Shown piece by piece: positions 38,080 to 50,677 of a stretch of DNA of 64,000 nt. Made by a program: the position numbers and the translations under genes. The stretch's first letter is position 1. Each line of letters begins with the position of its first letter. The notes below the pieces were generated by a model, which did no database searches, was not told the origin of the DNA, and was given only the letters and a program-made list of their open reading frames with translations. The DNA comes from Octopus sinensis (taxonomy: Eukaryota). Location of the stretch: contig NC_042999.1 of assembly GCF_006345805.1 (NCBI RefSeq), positions 15,810,001 through 15,874,000 on the forward strand, in the 5' to 3' direction.

Positions 38080-38674
38080 TTCATGTATAAATTAAACTAT
38101 TAATAATAGAACTACCTGGAATGAAGATAAGGAGAAATATACTACATATAATATAGTAATAATAAAATATCTCAGCAAAATCAATTCAAACACTGCATGA
38201 AGGCTGGAGCAGAAGGAACTGAAGAAAAAATTGTCTTTCTCCAAAATATTACATCCACAAAAATCATGTATAATGAAGAAAATTATATTAACAGTAAGAA
38301 TGCAAAAGAAACTCCTCAAAATAAAATCTTCATAAATGTTATAAGTACATAAAGAAAGAAGAGGTATTTTTGGTTGAGTAAGATAAAAACCAAGATTTTA
38401 GTTGTGCTAGATATATCACACAGCGAATAGTATGAATAAACCATAAACTGAAGACCATTAACTGTATGGAGGCCTCACTGGAAGTAATAGATCACTTCTC
38501 TTAATAAAATTGGAAACTTAATAGTGCAAGTCTAAGTTTTAATAATATAGGAAATTGAAAACTTTTATGTAATGCAACATCTCAGTGACAAAAGACTACT
38601 CCCCTCTTTCTTTCTCTTTATAATGACAACAGATAAAATGAGTTCCTATCCAGCTTGGCATTACATTACATTCG

Positions 38675-38895
38675 ACCTTTTCATGACCATATTTCTAATG
38701 TAATATGCCACACACATATTTAAATTAATTTTGAAAACAATCAAGAACTTAGCAAAGTTTAGTGAAGTAACTAACTTGTTCCTTATCATGCTGGTACTGA
38801 TTGGTTTTAATTTAGATGCAAAGACTTTAAAATAGACAGCTTTGTATCATAGAGCCAGAGGCTGTCTCGTGTAGCTTGGAATCAAAAGGATTAAT
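38675..38895. mobile_element. TTAA-ended MITE remnant, diverged
   Basis: Terminus gagccagaggctgtctc...aatcaaaaggaTTAA resembles 20470-20517. Confidence 0.45.
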
Positions 38896-40975
38896 GAGCA
38901 ATCAACAAAATAAGTAGAGAATGGCTTATTGGTTTTGCAATATTAACTGATAAGAAAATGTGATCCTTAATAGATAGAGAAAATCACTGAACATCAAAGA
39001 CATTGGCTTATTTATGCAGGAAAGAATACGGAACATTTATACACATTTCCTGAAAATTATATATTCTGAGAGAATAAGTCCTTTGGGCTGTTAGTAGTAC
39101 CAAATCATGACAGAAGTAGATCAAAGACAATTTGGTAGGAAGTAATTAAATAAATGAAGAAAATATGAGATTAGCCAAAATCAAAGTGTAAAATAGAGAT
39201 ATTCTGCATATCTGCATATTTAGAATGGAATAGGAAAATGACAAAGATGATAAAAGAATCTTCAATAAAAGACATTCTTCAGTTCAATAGTTTATCATCA
39301 AGAACCAAGCTGTCAGAACCATGCCAAGTCTTTCTCTTCATTAGAATAGCTTCCCATAAAGTTTTATGAGAAGCATACACTTAATGATCTTGAGACAATA
39401 TATTCTTTTAAATATGTTAACAAATAAGATATTTTTTTCCATTAAAAGGTTTGAAAATTTACAGAAATGCCAGCATTGCCTTCTATATTAAAGACAGACA
39501 CACTGAATAATTTACATGTAGATTTCAACCTATAGAATGTTGATATGCACAAATATTTCAAATAAAACACTGAATTTAATTAATATTGTTATCATTACAA
39601 ATTTTGTAGTTTTTTGTTTGCTTATTTTAACACTAAATACTAATGACATATGGGATTCCTGTAATGGTTACTTTGATTCTGCAAATTATTGGCTCTGAGG
39701 TTAAATATAATAGGTCTGATCAAGATCAAAGTTAGGATATTTTTTAAATTAAAACTATGCATTGTTGCAAATATCATTGATTAATAATGAAATTAATTAA
39801 AGTATAGAAGTAAAGCATTTAAATGGAAATTATAGATACAAATGAAATATATAATGAAATATATTAGATATAAATGAAATCAAGAAATAACATCTTGAAT
39901 GAACTTTCTAATTAATAGTAATTGCTTAAGACATGCAAATATAATTAACAAAAGTATCCAGATTAAAAAAGAAAACTATTAAAAGCACTCTCCCATTAAA
40001 ACATTCACTTAAATTCACTTACACAGTTATAACAACATGATTTGCATATAATTCCAGATACGACTATGAAAATGCAACTACAACACCTAAGAAAAATTCA
40101 TGTTAAAGCTAAAAGGATGATGTTAAAAAAATGTATTTTGAAATTTAATAGAATATATACATGTGTATAATATACGGTTAACATTTTACTAACATAAGAG
40201 ATTGAAATCAGATTATGATACAATTAAGAACAATGTAAGAGAATACCGTGGAAATAATTTGTGAAATAGCTTAGATTGAATAGAAACTTAAAAGAAGATA
40301 TTATAAATAAAAATATGGAAAAGAACAGAAGTTTTTAATTTATAGTTTGTAATTGTCAAATGTATTGACAGTGTACATTTGTTTATTTCTTGAAAATCGG
40401 TCTGAGTGGAACTGAAGTGATGGTTCTTCCCAGATAACTTGAGTTTTATCTTGAGGCAACTATATCATAAACTTATATGAAGAGGGCTGAATAATAGCTA
40501 ACCAGTTGGAAGTGATTTGGTACCTAATGCAGTTAAAAATTATACATAACATCACAGTTGAAGAAACAGTAAATCAGACAATCATTTGCTATTCAGTAAT
40601 GATAAAAGTGTATTGAGATTTGTTTATAAGAAGAACACTTGACATTTCCAACCAGAAAAGACCATCTAATAAACTATACTTTTCATCCTTAGAAATCAAA
40701 ACTATTTATTTATTTATTTATAAATTACTTTTTGGTTCACTCTTCATGTTTTAATAGACACTTTTACTCCATAATTTCAGCAGTAAATAATATCAAATTG
40801 TACTCTATTTAATTCTGTGTTTATTTTTATGACTGTATAAGTTAATCAATTTTAGATCTTATATTTTAGATCCAAGCCAATGATAGTTTAAACCCAATGA
40901 ATAAAAGCACAACAGTGAAATGCAATGCATTGTGTGTGTGTGTGTATTATACATACACATACATAAATACATATA

Positions 40976-41007
<32 letters not shown>

Positions 41008-41008
<1 letters not shown>

Positions 41009-41056
41009 CCAACCCATGCCAACATGGAGAGCAGGCGTTAAACGACAATGATAATA
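41008..41056 (+). mobile_element. Family A extreme 3' tail fragment
   Basis: tccaacccatgccaacatggagagcaggcgttaaacgacaatgataat. Confidence 0.65.
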
Positions 41057-41071
41057 ATATATATATACATA

Positions 41072-41345
41072 GGCGGTGAGCTGGCAGAATTGTTAGCACG
41101 CCGGGCGATATAGGCAGCGAGCTGGCAGAATCGTTAGCACGCCGGGCGAAATGCGTAGCCGTATTTCGTCTGTCTTGACGTTCTGAGTTCAACTTCTGCT
41201 GAGGTCGACTTTGCCTTTCATCCTTTCAGGGGTCCATAGATTAAGTACCAGTTATGCTCTGGGGTTGATGTAATCGACTTAATCCGTTTTTCTGTCCTTG
41301 TTTGTCCCCTCTATATTTAACCCCTTGTGGGTAATAAAGAAACAT
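41072..41345 (+). mobile_element. SINE family C with duplicated 41-nt head
   Basis: taggc(g/a)g(t/c)gagctggcagaa..gttagcacgccgggcga occurs at 41070 and 41111. Confidence 0.9.
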
Positions 41346-41825
41346 ATATATATATATATATATATATATAAAGAGAGAGAGAGAGAGAGAGAGTAGTGAT
41401 ATAAAAAAGCAATATGAGACACACGTCTGCTTTTAGATAGGAGTATACACATTCACATCCTAATTAGTTGTGTCTATTTGTTAAGATGTGTGGATGGTAT
41501 TTCCAGGTGGAATTGAGAAGTCTGAGTTTCTGTAGTTTCATTAGCATCTTCAATGTGATTATTGTATTGAAAGCTGGGTTATATTGTATGAAAGACATCC
41601 TTATGTAATTATTAACTGTCAAAAAGCACATGTTTAAACGAAAGCAATTGATCCCATACCATAATCAATAAGTTTGATCTAAATTTAAACCTTAATGTTA
41701 GCTAGTATCATTGGTGTGCTTGTATGTTTATGCATGTGTGTGTGCATGGTCCAGTGTGTGTGTGTGTGTGTGTGTGTACATGTGTGTATGGCTAAAAGTT
41801 TTCAATTCAAATCATAAAAGAATTA

Positions 41826-43234
41826 GGTAAAGGTTATAGCATTTAAGCACTTAATACACAGGAAGGAGAATTTGAGAAACATAATCAAATTCTGGACACA
41901 CTAGACTTGATGGAATGTGTTACATTGAATGCTATGATGCTATGATAGGTATTTTATGATGCTATGATAGGTATTTTTAGTAAGAACGAAGTCATTGGTT
42001 TTAATTGATTTTGTAATAAGGTAACTAAATGTCTGTAGATTATGATCAAAATAACATCAAATACTATCCCTACAAATGTCAAATATAATACATGTGTCAG
42101 TAGAAAACACAAACATGAAAATCCATGAAATGAACAAACTTATATATATAAGAGTATCTAAGAAATATGTATAAGGTGTTAATAGTGTGCTTTTTGAAAA
42201 CTTTAAGCAAAATATGAAAAAAAGAATAAAAAATGTTTCTAACATGTTTTCTCAAATAAAGCCCACCAGCAAATCCTATTGTAAAGTGGATTCTTTTAAG
42301 AGACATAAATTTTATATTTGTATATGAACAAACAAATAGAAATAGAAATGTTGACTAATTTGATCTCATTTTTATGGTTTAACCAAAAAGAAGGAACTGT
42401 ATCTTTGATTTCATCAACCTTCTGAAACTGGTGTGATTGATGTTCAAAGTAATCATCTGCAAATCAACAACTGTGAAAAAACATAGGCAAGAAAGGATTT
42501 CCAATAGGTTAGCATTCAAGGGAAGAGGGATTAGACATGGCAGTTAGTGTAGAGCCTACAAAGACAGGGCCACTTACTAAGGATGAAGGGAAAGTGGGAG
42601 TTTGAATGGAGGTGGTTTAAAACTAATTCTATAGAAGTTTGAAATAAGTTGGTGAGTGAGCAACTGCTAGTCAACCAAATGGCTTTCTTTTAAAAGCAAT
42701 CAATGATGTTCATGTGTATTGTAGATTTGGGAGTAGTATTCCATTGTAGATCCCAATTGAGATTCATAGATTCTCAACAAATATTCAGTCAAAGTATTTC
42801 CTCGTGATTCTAACACAGTAGTTTCTGTTACATTAGGGATATAAGATCACTGAAAAAGATCGTTAGAGAGTGTGTGGATAGTATATGTAGGATTTTAATT
42901 GTGTTGTGAAAGGTTTGAGTGTAAGAGGCATAAGATTATTTTGATATGAGCAGTGATTATGTATATGTGCATTTGAAAAACTGACCTGCTCAATAGAATT
43001 ATGTTTCAAGGTCCCTGTTTATGAGAGCAATATAGTTTTGACGAGGTATCTTGATGATACATTGATGATGATAACTGTGAGCAAGATGTTGGGGGTGGAG
43101 AAGAATGCCATTCGCATAGGAATGATTGTTGGTAAAGGTTATAGCATTTAAGCACTTAATACACATGAAGGAGAATTTGAGAAACATAATCAAATTCTGG
43201 ACACACTAGACTTGATGGAATGTGTTACATTGAA
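41826..43234 (+). repeat. 104-bp direct repeat pair (41826-41929 and 43131-43234), one mismatch
   Basis: ggtaaaggttatagcatttaagcacttaatacaca(g/t)gaaggag...gtgttacattgaa read at both sites. Confidence 0.9.
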
Positions 43235-45442
43235 CTCTATCAGTGAGCACTGAACGAATGCAGTGATTAAGTAGGAAGACAAGAAACAGATGAAGCTCAT
43301 AAGTCAAGTAACTTAACCAAGCAATTCTCATGCAAGATATGGTCTGATGTTTCGCTGAATTGTTAAAGACAGAACACTTACAAATAATTGAAATTAACTT
43401 GGGGTTTCATTCATACATAGATTAATAATTTATATCAAAATATTAAGGCATATCTGTTATTTTAGTTATATGTTTTGCATATACTTTAAAACATTTATAA
43501 TAAATTTTTCAAACATTTTTCTTTGACAAAGCCTAAAAATATATGTAAATGATATCGGAAATTCATAGAGCATATAAGTAGAAATTTATTTAATGGAAAT
43601 TGTTATAAAATGAAAGGAATAAAATTAAAATATGAATATCACAGACAAGAGAAAAAACTAAAATTATGAATGAAATATTGTGGAAAAAATACAAAGTATT
43701 ATACATATATTTACATATGTATACAACTAATAATGAATTGGAATTCAATACCAAAGGACTGAGAAATGATGAATATATAACAAAATGAAAATATAGCTAA
43801 AATTCTTCTAAAACATCAATTTGAATAAGTAGTATCTAATTTCAGGAATAAAACAGGCAATCAATTTAAATGTTGTCCCTGTTATTGGTAATGGATATTA
43901 CTTTCAAAATATGAGGTATGTTTTTTTTCTATAATGGAACTTGAAATAAGAAATGTATCCATTAAGAATTTTCATTTATATGTCATGGATTTGAAGTTGT
44001 AATAAGAAAATATAGAATATTTAATTGTGATTAATAATGACCTTTATGAAGGCATCCATAATTAGTATTTTTGCAAAGAGAGAATTTATTTGATTGTACA
44101 CACTTTGGTTAATAAAAAATGCTATGTGAACAAGGAACATCCTCTACTATCAGGCTGGTGAATCAAACTGAAGTTCAAAGAATCAGGTGACATCTTGTGT
44201 TAGCAACAATTATACGATAGATTTGAAAAAGTAATTAGTAAATTTAAGTTTTGAGAGGAAAACGTAACTAGAATTATCATAATTAGAAATCATTGATGGA
44301 TGGAATGTCAGTCGGCAACCACATGGAATGATATTAAGACAGAGACAATGACTAGGAAACTGCATATGGCTGCAGAAGCAAATTTTAGTAAAGATCAGTA
44401 TGTTATATGTGAAGCATGCTTTTGCAGCAGGAGAGTTTCTACTTATTGTTGCCATACTCAGCAAATGACTGTTTCAATAATCCTTCCTGAAATAACTCAT
44501 TAGTGCTTAATATCACAACATAAAACATATTTATTTCCTAAGACAAAGGGTCAACCCTCAAAACATCAGATTCCTCTTTCCCTAAAGCATAAGAAATGAT
44601 ATAAGTTCTGAAACTTTTTTGAAATATTTATTATTTCTCTTCATATTCAATGTATGTACTGATGCTTCATGCAATGTACTCAGACATGTTATTTTGAAAC
44701 TCCACCATTTATTTCACTTCTATTCACATTCACTTTAATGTTCAATAGATATCAGGTTTTTTTCTATATATTTTATTATAAAGTGAGACCAATATAAACA
44801 TGATCTTATTTACGATAAATCTGAAGCATAAAATTTTTTATATTGTCTAATTAGAAAAGTTTGTATACAATATTCAGAAAAATCTGAGGAAAATATACTT
44901 AAAATGATAAATGTTTTGGTTTCAATGACAATAAAAAGATAAATTTTAATTTTCAAAAATTCTCTATTTTGATTCAATAAATTTTCAGCTGGAGACAAGT
45001 ATTTTGTTCAACTATGATATATGCAGTAGAATCAGCAAAAGAGTTGAAATACAGTTTCTAAACTTCTCATCAACTGAGGACAAAAGTCTAAATAACAACA
45101 ATAACTAAATCTTGCTTCCTGATCTTTTAGCCAAAACTGTTTTTCTTAATATTAAGTACAGGCTCCCCAAGAACACTTTCCTTCCCCCATTCCTGTTCTC
45201 AACACAACCTCCTTCAGTTTAAACAGCTTGATTTAGTTACCTAAGCCAGTTACAGACAAACTGTAGCCAGTAGTACTTTCTGAAAGGCATGCCTAAATGC
45301 AATATTACCGTAAATATATTTTAGTAGTTGGCCTGCCTGATGATATGCCATGTCCCATGTGGTCTGCTTCTCAAAAATTGTTGCCCACACTTAGATCTAA
45401 ACTATGAATGTCTGCGAACAATATACTCCACTGCCCACTTAC

Positions 45443-45554
45443 AGTCTAAATAATAACTATTTAAAATTAGATAAATAAAATATAGAAACAGTATACTACA
45501 ATAAGATGAGGCAGTGGATGTGTACGAAGGAAATAAATTATCACAGGAAGACAG
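45443..45554 (-). CDS. Candidate coding exon (phase 0 to 1), LSSCDNLFPSYTSTASSYCSILFLYFIYLILNSYYLD; unverified
   Basis: Acceptor catcttcatttcag, donor GTAAGT, open frame, phase-compatible with 48594-48743. Chance occurrence is plausible. Confidence 0.2.
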
Positions 45555-47394
45555 CTGAAATGAAGATGGATTTGAAAGAACTTTGTTAAAATGGAACATA
45601 TGGCACAGAGGAATAGTTAATCTGAATCATAAGATTGCATTTAATCTGTGAGCAAAGGAGCTTATCCAGTTTAATTGTGTGTAATGATGAAAAATTAACA
45701 GCTAATATTGACTTTTTCCATCATATATCGTTGTTAGTTTGTAAGCAAAGAACAGTAGTTGATGCAAGATATAATCAGAAATGTTTTAGATAACTTTGTC
45801 CAGTACATTATAGTCATGGGTAAAATTATTTAAAAATTCCAAACAGCCAGCAAAGTTAAAAACTTAGTGCATTATTAAGCCAATAGAAAAAATATAGTAG
45901 TAAATTCTTGGAGAGAAAATTGAAATTGGCTATGAGATAAAATTTGTTTATTATTTAATTCTTTCAATATACATATATTTTCTAACAACTAGAATATTCT
46001 CTAAATTAAGAGTTGAGTTTGTCTGCTTATATTTGCGAAGAGCTGAAATTTTGTGAATTAAGAATGAAATTCAAGAAAAAAAGAAAAAGTAAATTTCATT
46101 CCATTTAGGATGTCAAAATGAAAATTGTTATATGTATTTATGTATGCTAAAAAATAATCTTATGATAATAAATCAACTAAATTTTGAATATTAGCCAAGT
46201 GAAAAAAAGGACACAATAATTGAAAATATTCTAAAACTGCTCTCAAAACATTTTAAGCACCACCATAAAATACTTTGCTGCCAATGTTTAAATATACCTC
46301 AGTTAATAATCTGTCTGAAAATTCAAATCACACAACTATTTTGAAAGTATACAGATTTAAAGAATAACTTCAGATTTGTTTAAAGAAGGAACACTTGGAT
46401 TAAAGCCAATAAGTATTCCACGTTGTCAAATGGTTAATATTGAATACCAAAAAACTAATAAGAAAATGTATAAAGAGTTATTGAAAACATGTGCTTTTCT
46501 TTTCTCTTGTTTACATGTGAATAAAATGTCCAAAAAAAATAGTTGTAGTTTATATATAGCTCTATATGGATCTTGAATATCAAAAATTATTTGCCATAAT
46601 ATTTGATTTCATGTCACATAAACTGTCTTGTTAATGTTGAGAAATACAAAAGTAGGAATGGAATGAGAGTTCTATAAAAACTGCTCCATCCAGGTTTAAT
46701 GCCAGGAGCTAGTTATCAATAATAAAAAAAATCCAATGAAGAAAATGGAATTTTTACATTAGATTTGTGGAAAAGGACCATAGTTGATTGACATGATCCT
46801 AGTATATTACTGGTACCTGATTTATTGTCCTAAAGGTATGTGAACTCAGAAAATGGTAAAATAGAATAACTACAGGCATTTTACTTCCTTCCAAATCATA
46901 ATAAACAAATTAAATATATGTCAATGAACAGAAATGATAATAGAAATATTGTGAATACTTTGCTTTTGTATTTGCTTTACAAGATTATTGATGTGAACCC
47001 ATATTTTGAAACAGACTTGGTAGGGTAATACACATAAAAAGTTATATGTAAAACAATTTAAATACTCTCCTTTAAACTCAATCAGAATAGAATTTAAATT
47101 CACGTAAGCTCTTAATCTACTCCTACAGAGAACAATATGAAATAATATATAGCAAACAACTAACTACTACAAAGAGATATATGCAACTGATTAAATTTTC
47201 TATTGAAAACCAGTGTGTACAGCTAGTAAAATACATGCAGATATTTTAATTAATCCTGAATGTTCTAAATATATTTTTATTTCTAATAACTTAGTGAATA
47301 TAAAAATATATATTTAAAAAATGCAAATTGTTTTCACTTTTTTATAATGAAACTATAAAGATAGCACAGAGTACATTTGATATGAATGCAAACA

Positions 47395-47612
47395 AAGGCA
47401 GTGACGTGACAGAAAAGTTAGCAAAGCAAGCAAAATGCTTAGTGGTGTTTTGTTCGTATTTATATTCTGAGTTCAAATTCTACCAAGGTCAACTTTGCCT
47501 TTCATATTTTTGGGGTCGATAAAATAAGTATCAGTTGAGCACTGGGGTCGTTGTAATTGACTTAACTCCTCCACCTGAAATACTAGGCCTGGTGCTAAAA
47601 TTTGAAACCAAT
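47395..47612 (+). mobile_element. SINE family C2, diverged
   Basis: ctgagttcaaattctaccaaggtcaactttgcc...ggtgctaaaatttgaaacc. Confidence 0.7.
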
Positions 47613-47675
47613 ATGAACTCAAACAAAATTAAAAATCAAAAATCAGCAGAAAAAATATTATGTAATAAAATTCAA

Positions 47676-48058
47676 ACTCTCTCTTTACTCTTTTACTTGT
47701 TTTAGTCATTTGACTGCGGCCATGCTGGAGCACTGCCTTTAGTCGAATCAAATCGACCCCGGGACTTATTCTTTGTAAGCCTAGTACTTATTCTACCGGT
47801 CTCTTTTGCTGAACTGCTAAGTTACAGGGATGTAAACACATCACCATCAGTTGTCAAGCGAGGTTGGGGGGGGACAAACACAGACACACAAACACACATA
47901 TATACATATATACGACAGGCTTCTTTCAGTTTCTGTCTACCAGATCCACTCACAATGCTATAGTAGAAGACACTTGCCCAAGGTGCCATGCAGTGGGACT
48001 GAACCCAGAAGCATATGGCTGGTAAGCAAGCCACTTACCACACAACCACTCGTGCGCC
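47676..48058 (-). mobile_element. SINE family B
   Basis: Tail to head match with 7972-8380, with an internal deletion. Confidence 0.88.
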
Positions 48059-48593
48059 TATATAAACTAAAAAATTTTACTTTAAAAATTTCTAAAATTA
48101 TGATAAATTATTGAAAAAACTACCCACTATAAAATTATCAAAGAAATACTTATAACTAATCATCACAACAGCCACCATCAACAAGATTGATAGCATCCAA
48201 TCATACATGAAAATAAATTAAGACAAGATAGTACATCACTAACTCTGTTTTCTTTCAATTTCAAACCATCTACTGTACTTACATTTTCATTACTTGTCAA
48301 CAGCATTTAAATTCTCTACTTAGATTTTAAACCAAATAATATGAACAATCTTCAAAGAAATGCATCATTCTATATGAAATTGTTAGCCATACAGGCGCCA
48401 TCAATCACTAACTTTCATCTGTTCAAATGAAAGAAACTAACATACAATCTTCAGTGATCCATTCAGCTAGATTCCATCTCTCCCAAACTACATGCAATCC
48501 TGCAGCATTCCATTGCAAAATTTGTTACACTGCCAGTGAATTATTGAGATCTTAGATGCTGTTTGGATATAGAAATCTAGTCTATTAGCTTAC

Positions 48594-48743
48594 ATCTTCA
48601 TCACCGCAATATTTACATTCAGATTCAGTGAAAATGGTATTGAGTAGAACTACGTTGAAAATAAAGGCAGCTGCAGAGCCAAGCCAATACAAGATGATTT
48701 TAACATAGATTGAAAGAGAAAAAGATAATGCTTCAAAGAGAAG
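48594..48743 (-). CDS. Candidate 150-nt coding exon (phase 0 to 0), LLFEALSFSLSIYVKIILYWLGSAAAFIFNVVLLNTIFTESECKYCGDED; unverified
   Basis: Acceptor tcttgtcttttttgaaag, donor GTAAGC, 50 open codons, about 34% GC. It may instead be antisense to a LINE fossil. Confidence 0.22.
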
Positions 48744-49917
48744 CTTTCAAAAAAGACAAGAGAACTTTATATTTTAAACCTATATACATACACACTCACA
48801 GATACACATATACACACACACATTTATACAAACATATACATGTATATGTACACACACATTCATATACACAGGTATATAAACATATATACATACATGAATT
48901 TAATGCACATACACATATATAATACACACACATATATGATATACATGCATCAGCATCACTGTTTTTACACCCACTTTTGCTATGTTTGCTTGAATCAGAT
49001 TATTTTATTGAAGCAGATTTTCTACAGCAGAATATTTTTTCTGTCACCAACCCTTGCTTTTTTGCCAAGCTAAGAAATATTTCATCACAGCCAGACATGT
49101 TAACACAGAAAATTAGAAATGAAGGATCTTGCTTGTACGACAGCAACAGTCGCTAACAAATATTGGGTGATGTAAAGACAAGGAGACACAATTTCCCTCG
49201 ACATACATACATGTAAGCACACACAAACACACACATGCTAGAGAAAAAGAAAGAGAGTGAGTGAGAGAGAGAGTACAGAGGTTAATGTACAAACTAATAA
49301 TGATGACTAATTTCATAAAGTCTGAAGAAACATAAACCTTATGCTGACCACCAAGTTATCCAATATATATTCACCACTCTCCTACACAATACATATAACA
49401 TGTAATTTAAGAGAGAAAACAGAATGTCTTGCCCATGTCTTTTGAAAAATTTGGGGGCACCAAAATTGATAAACAAGGTCACCAACTCAGATGTTCTTTG
49501 AAGAATAGTGAACTTTGTCCAGAATTATTTGGTCAAGTGCATTGCATGAGTAAAAATCACATGCTTACAAATCTACCATATAGTCAGATCAAATGCTGAT
49601 CAAGTCCAACAAGCAGTCTCTACATAAGACATAGAGCACATGCATAAAAACAACTGCCATACAGCAAAACATCTAAAAAGCACAATGGGAAGAAATAACA
49701 ACAAATTGATTATCCCAGACGCATGATATGGAGTATAATCAATATCAGCTTGAAGTACAAAAGAAGATGACATCATCTTTTTGCAACACCATCTTCATCC
49801 TTGGTGGCTAAGAACAGCAATCACACTTGGAATTTCTATCATTTCCTAAGAAGAATAGAGCCTTCTGCCAACAATATAGATACTCACACATATATATATT
49901 GATTAATAGTACATGGA

Positions 49918-50260
49918 TGCACGTAAAAGCACCATCCGTTCGTGTCCGTTGCCAGCCTCACCTGGCCCCCGTGCCTGTGGCATGTTGCACCATCCGTTCG
50001 TGGCCGTTGCCAACGCCGCCTGGACCCCGTGCTGGTGGCACGTAAAAGCACCATCCGTTCGTGGCTGTTTGCCAGCTCCGTCTGGCACGTAAAAAGCACC
50101 CACTACACTCATGGAGTGGTTGGCGTTAGGAAGGGCATCCTGCCGTAGAAACACTGCCAGATCAGACTGGGCCTGATGCAGCCTCTGGCTTCACAGACCC
50201 CAGTTGAACCGTCCAACCCATGCTAGTATGGAAAGCGGACGCTAAATGATGATGATGATG
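49918..50260 (+). mobile_element. Family A RTE 3' end with target-site duplication
   Basis: atggatgca at 49913-49921 and 50258-50266; (GAT)n tail. Confidence 0.88.
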
Positions 50261-50616
50261 GATGCATGTTATATGGTACTTGTATTCTGTATTATGAATG
50301 AAGTAATACCATAAAATGAACATAGTAACTTACTATTATACAATACTTAAAAATGAATGGTATTCCATCTCTTCAAGTTTCTCAACAAATAGACCATTTT
50401 CAGATGACATCTCAACAAAGAATTTTTCAAATGATGTGGTTTTATCATTAGCATTTAGTAACACAGGGTGAAGGTTTGTAAACTTCTGGTTGGACTTTAT
50501 GCTTTTTTAAGTCTAATGGTACATCAAGAAATCAATTTATCAAATGGAAATGGTTCTTTTATTTTGATATAGTTATGTATGTGTGAGTCTGTGTATATAT
50601 AAACTTCCCTCTCTCT

Positions 50617-50618
<2 letters not shown>

Positions 50619-50666
<48 letters not shown>

Positions 50667-50677
50667 TATATATATAT
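50619..50677. repeat. (TA)n microsatellite
   Basis: Direct reading. Confidence 0.9.
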
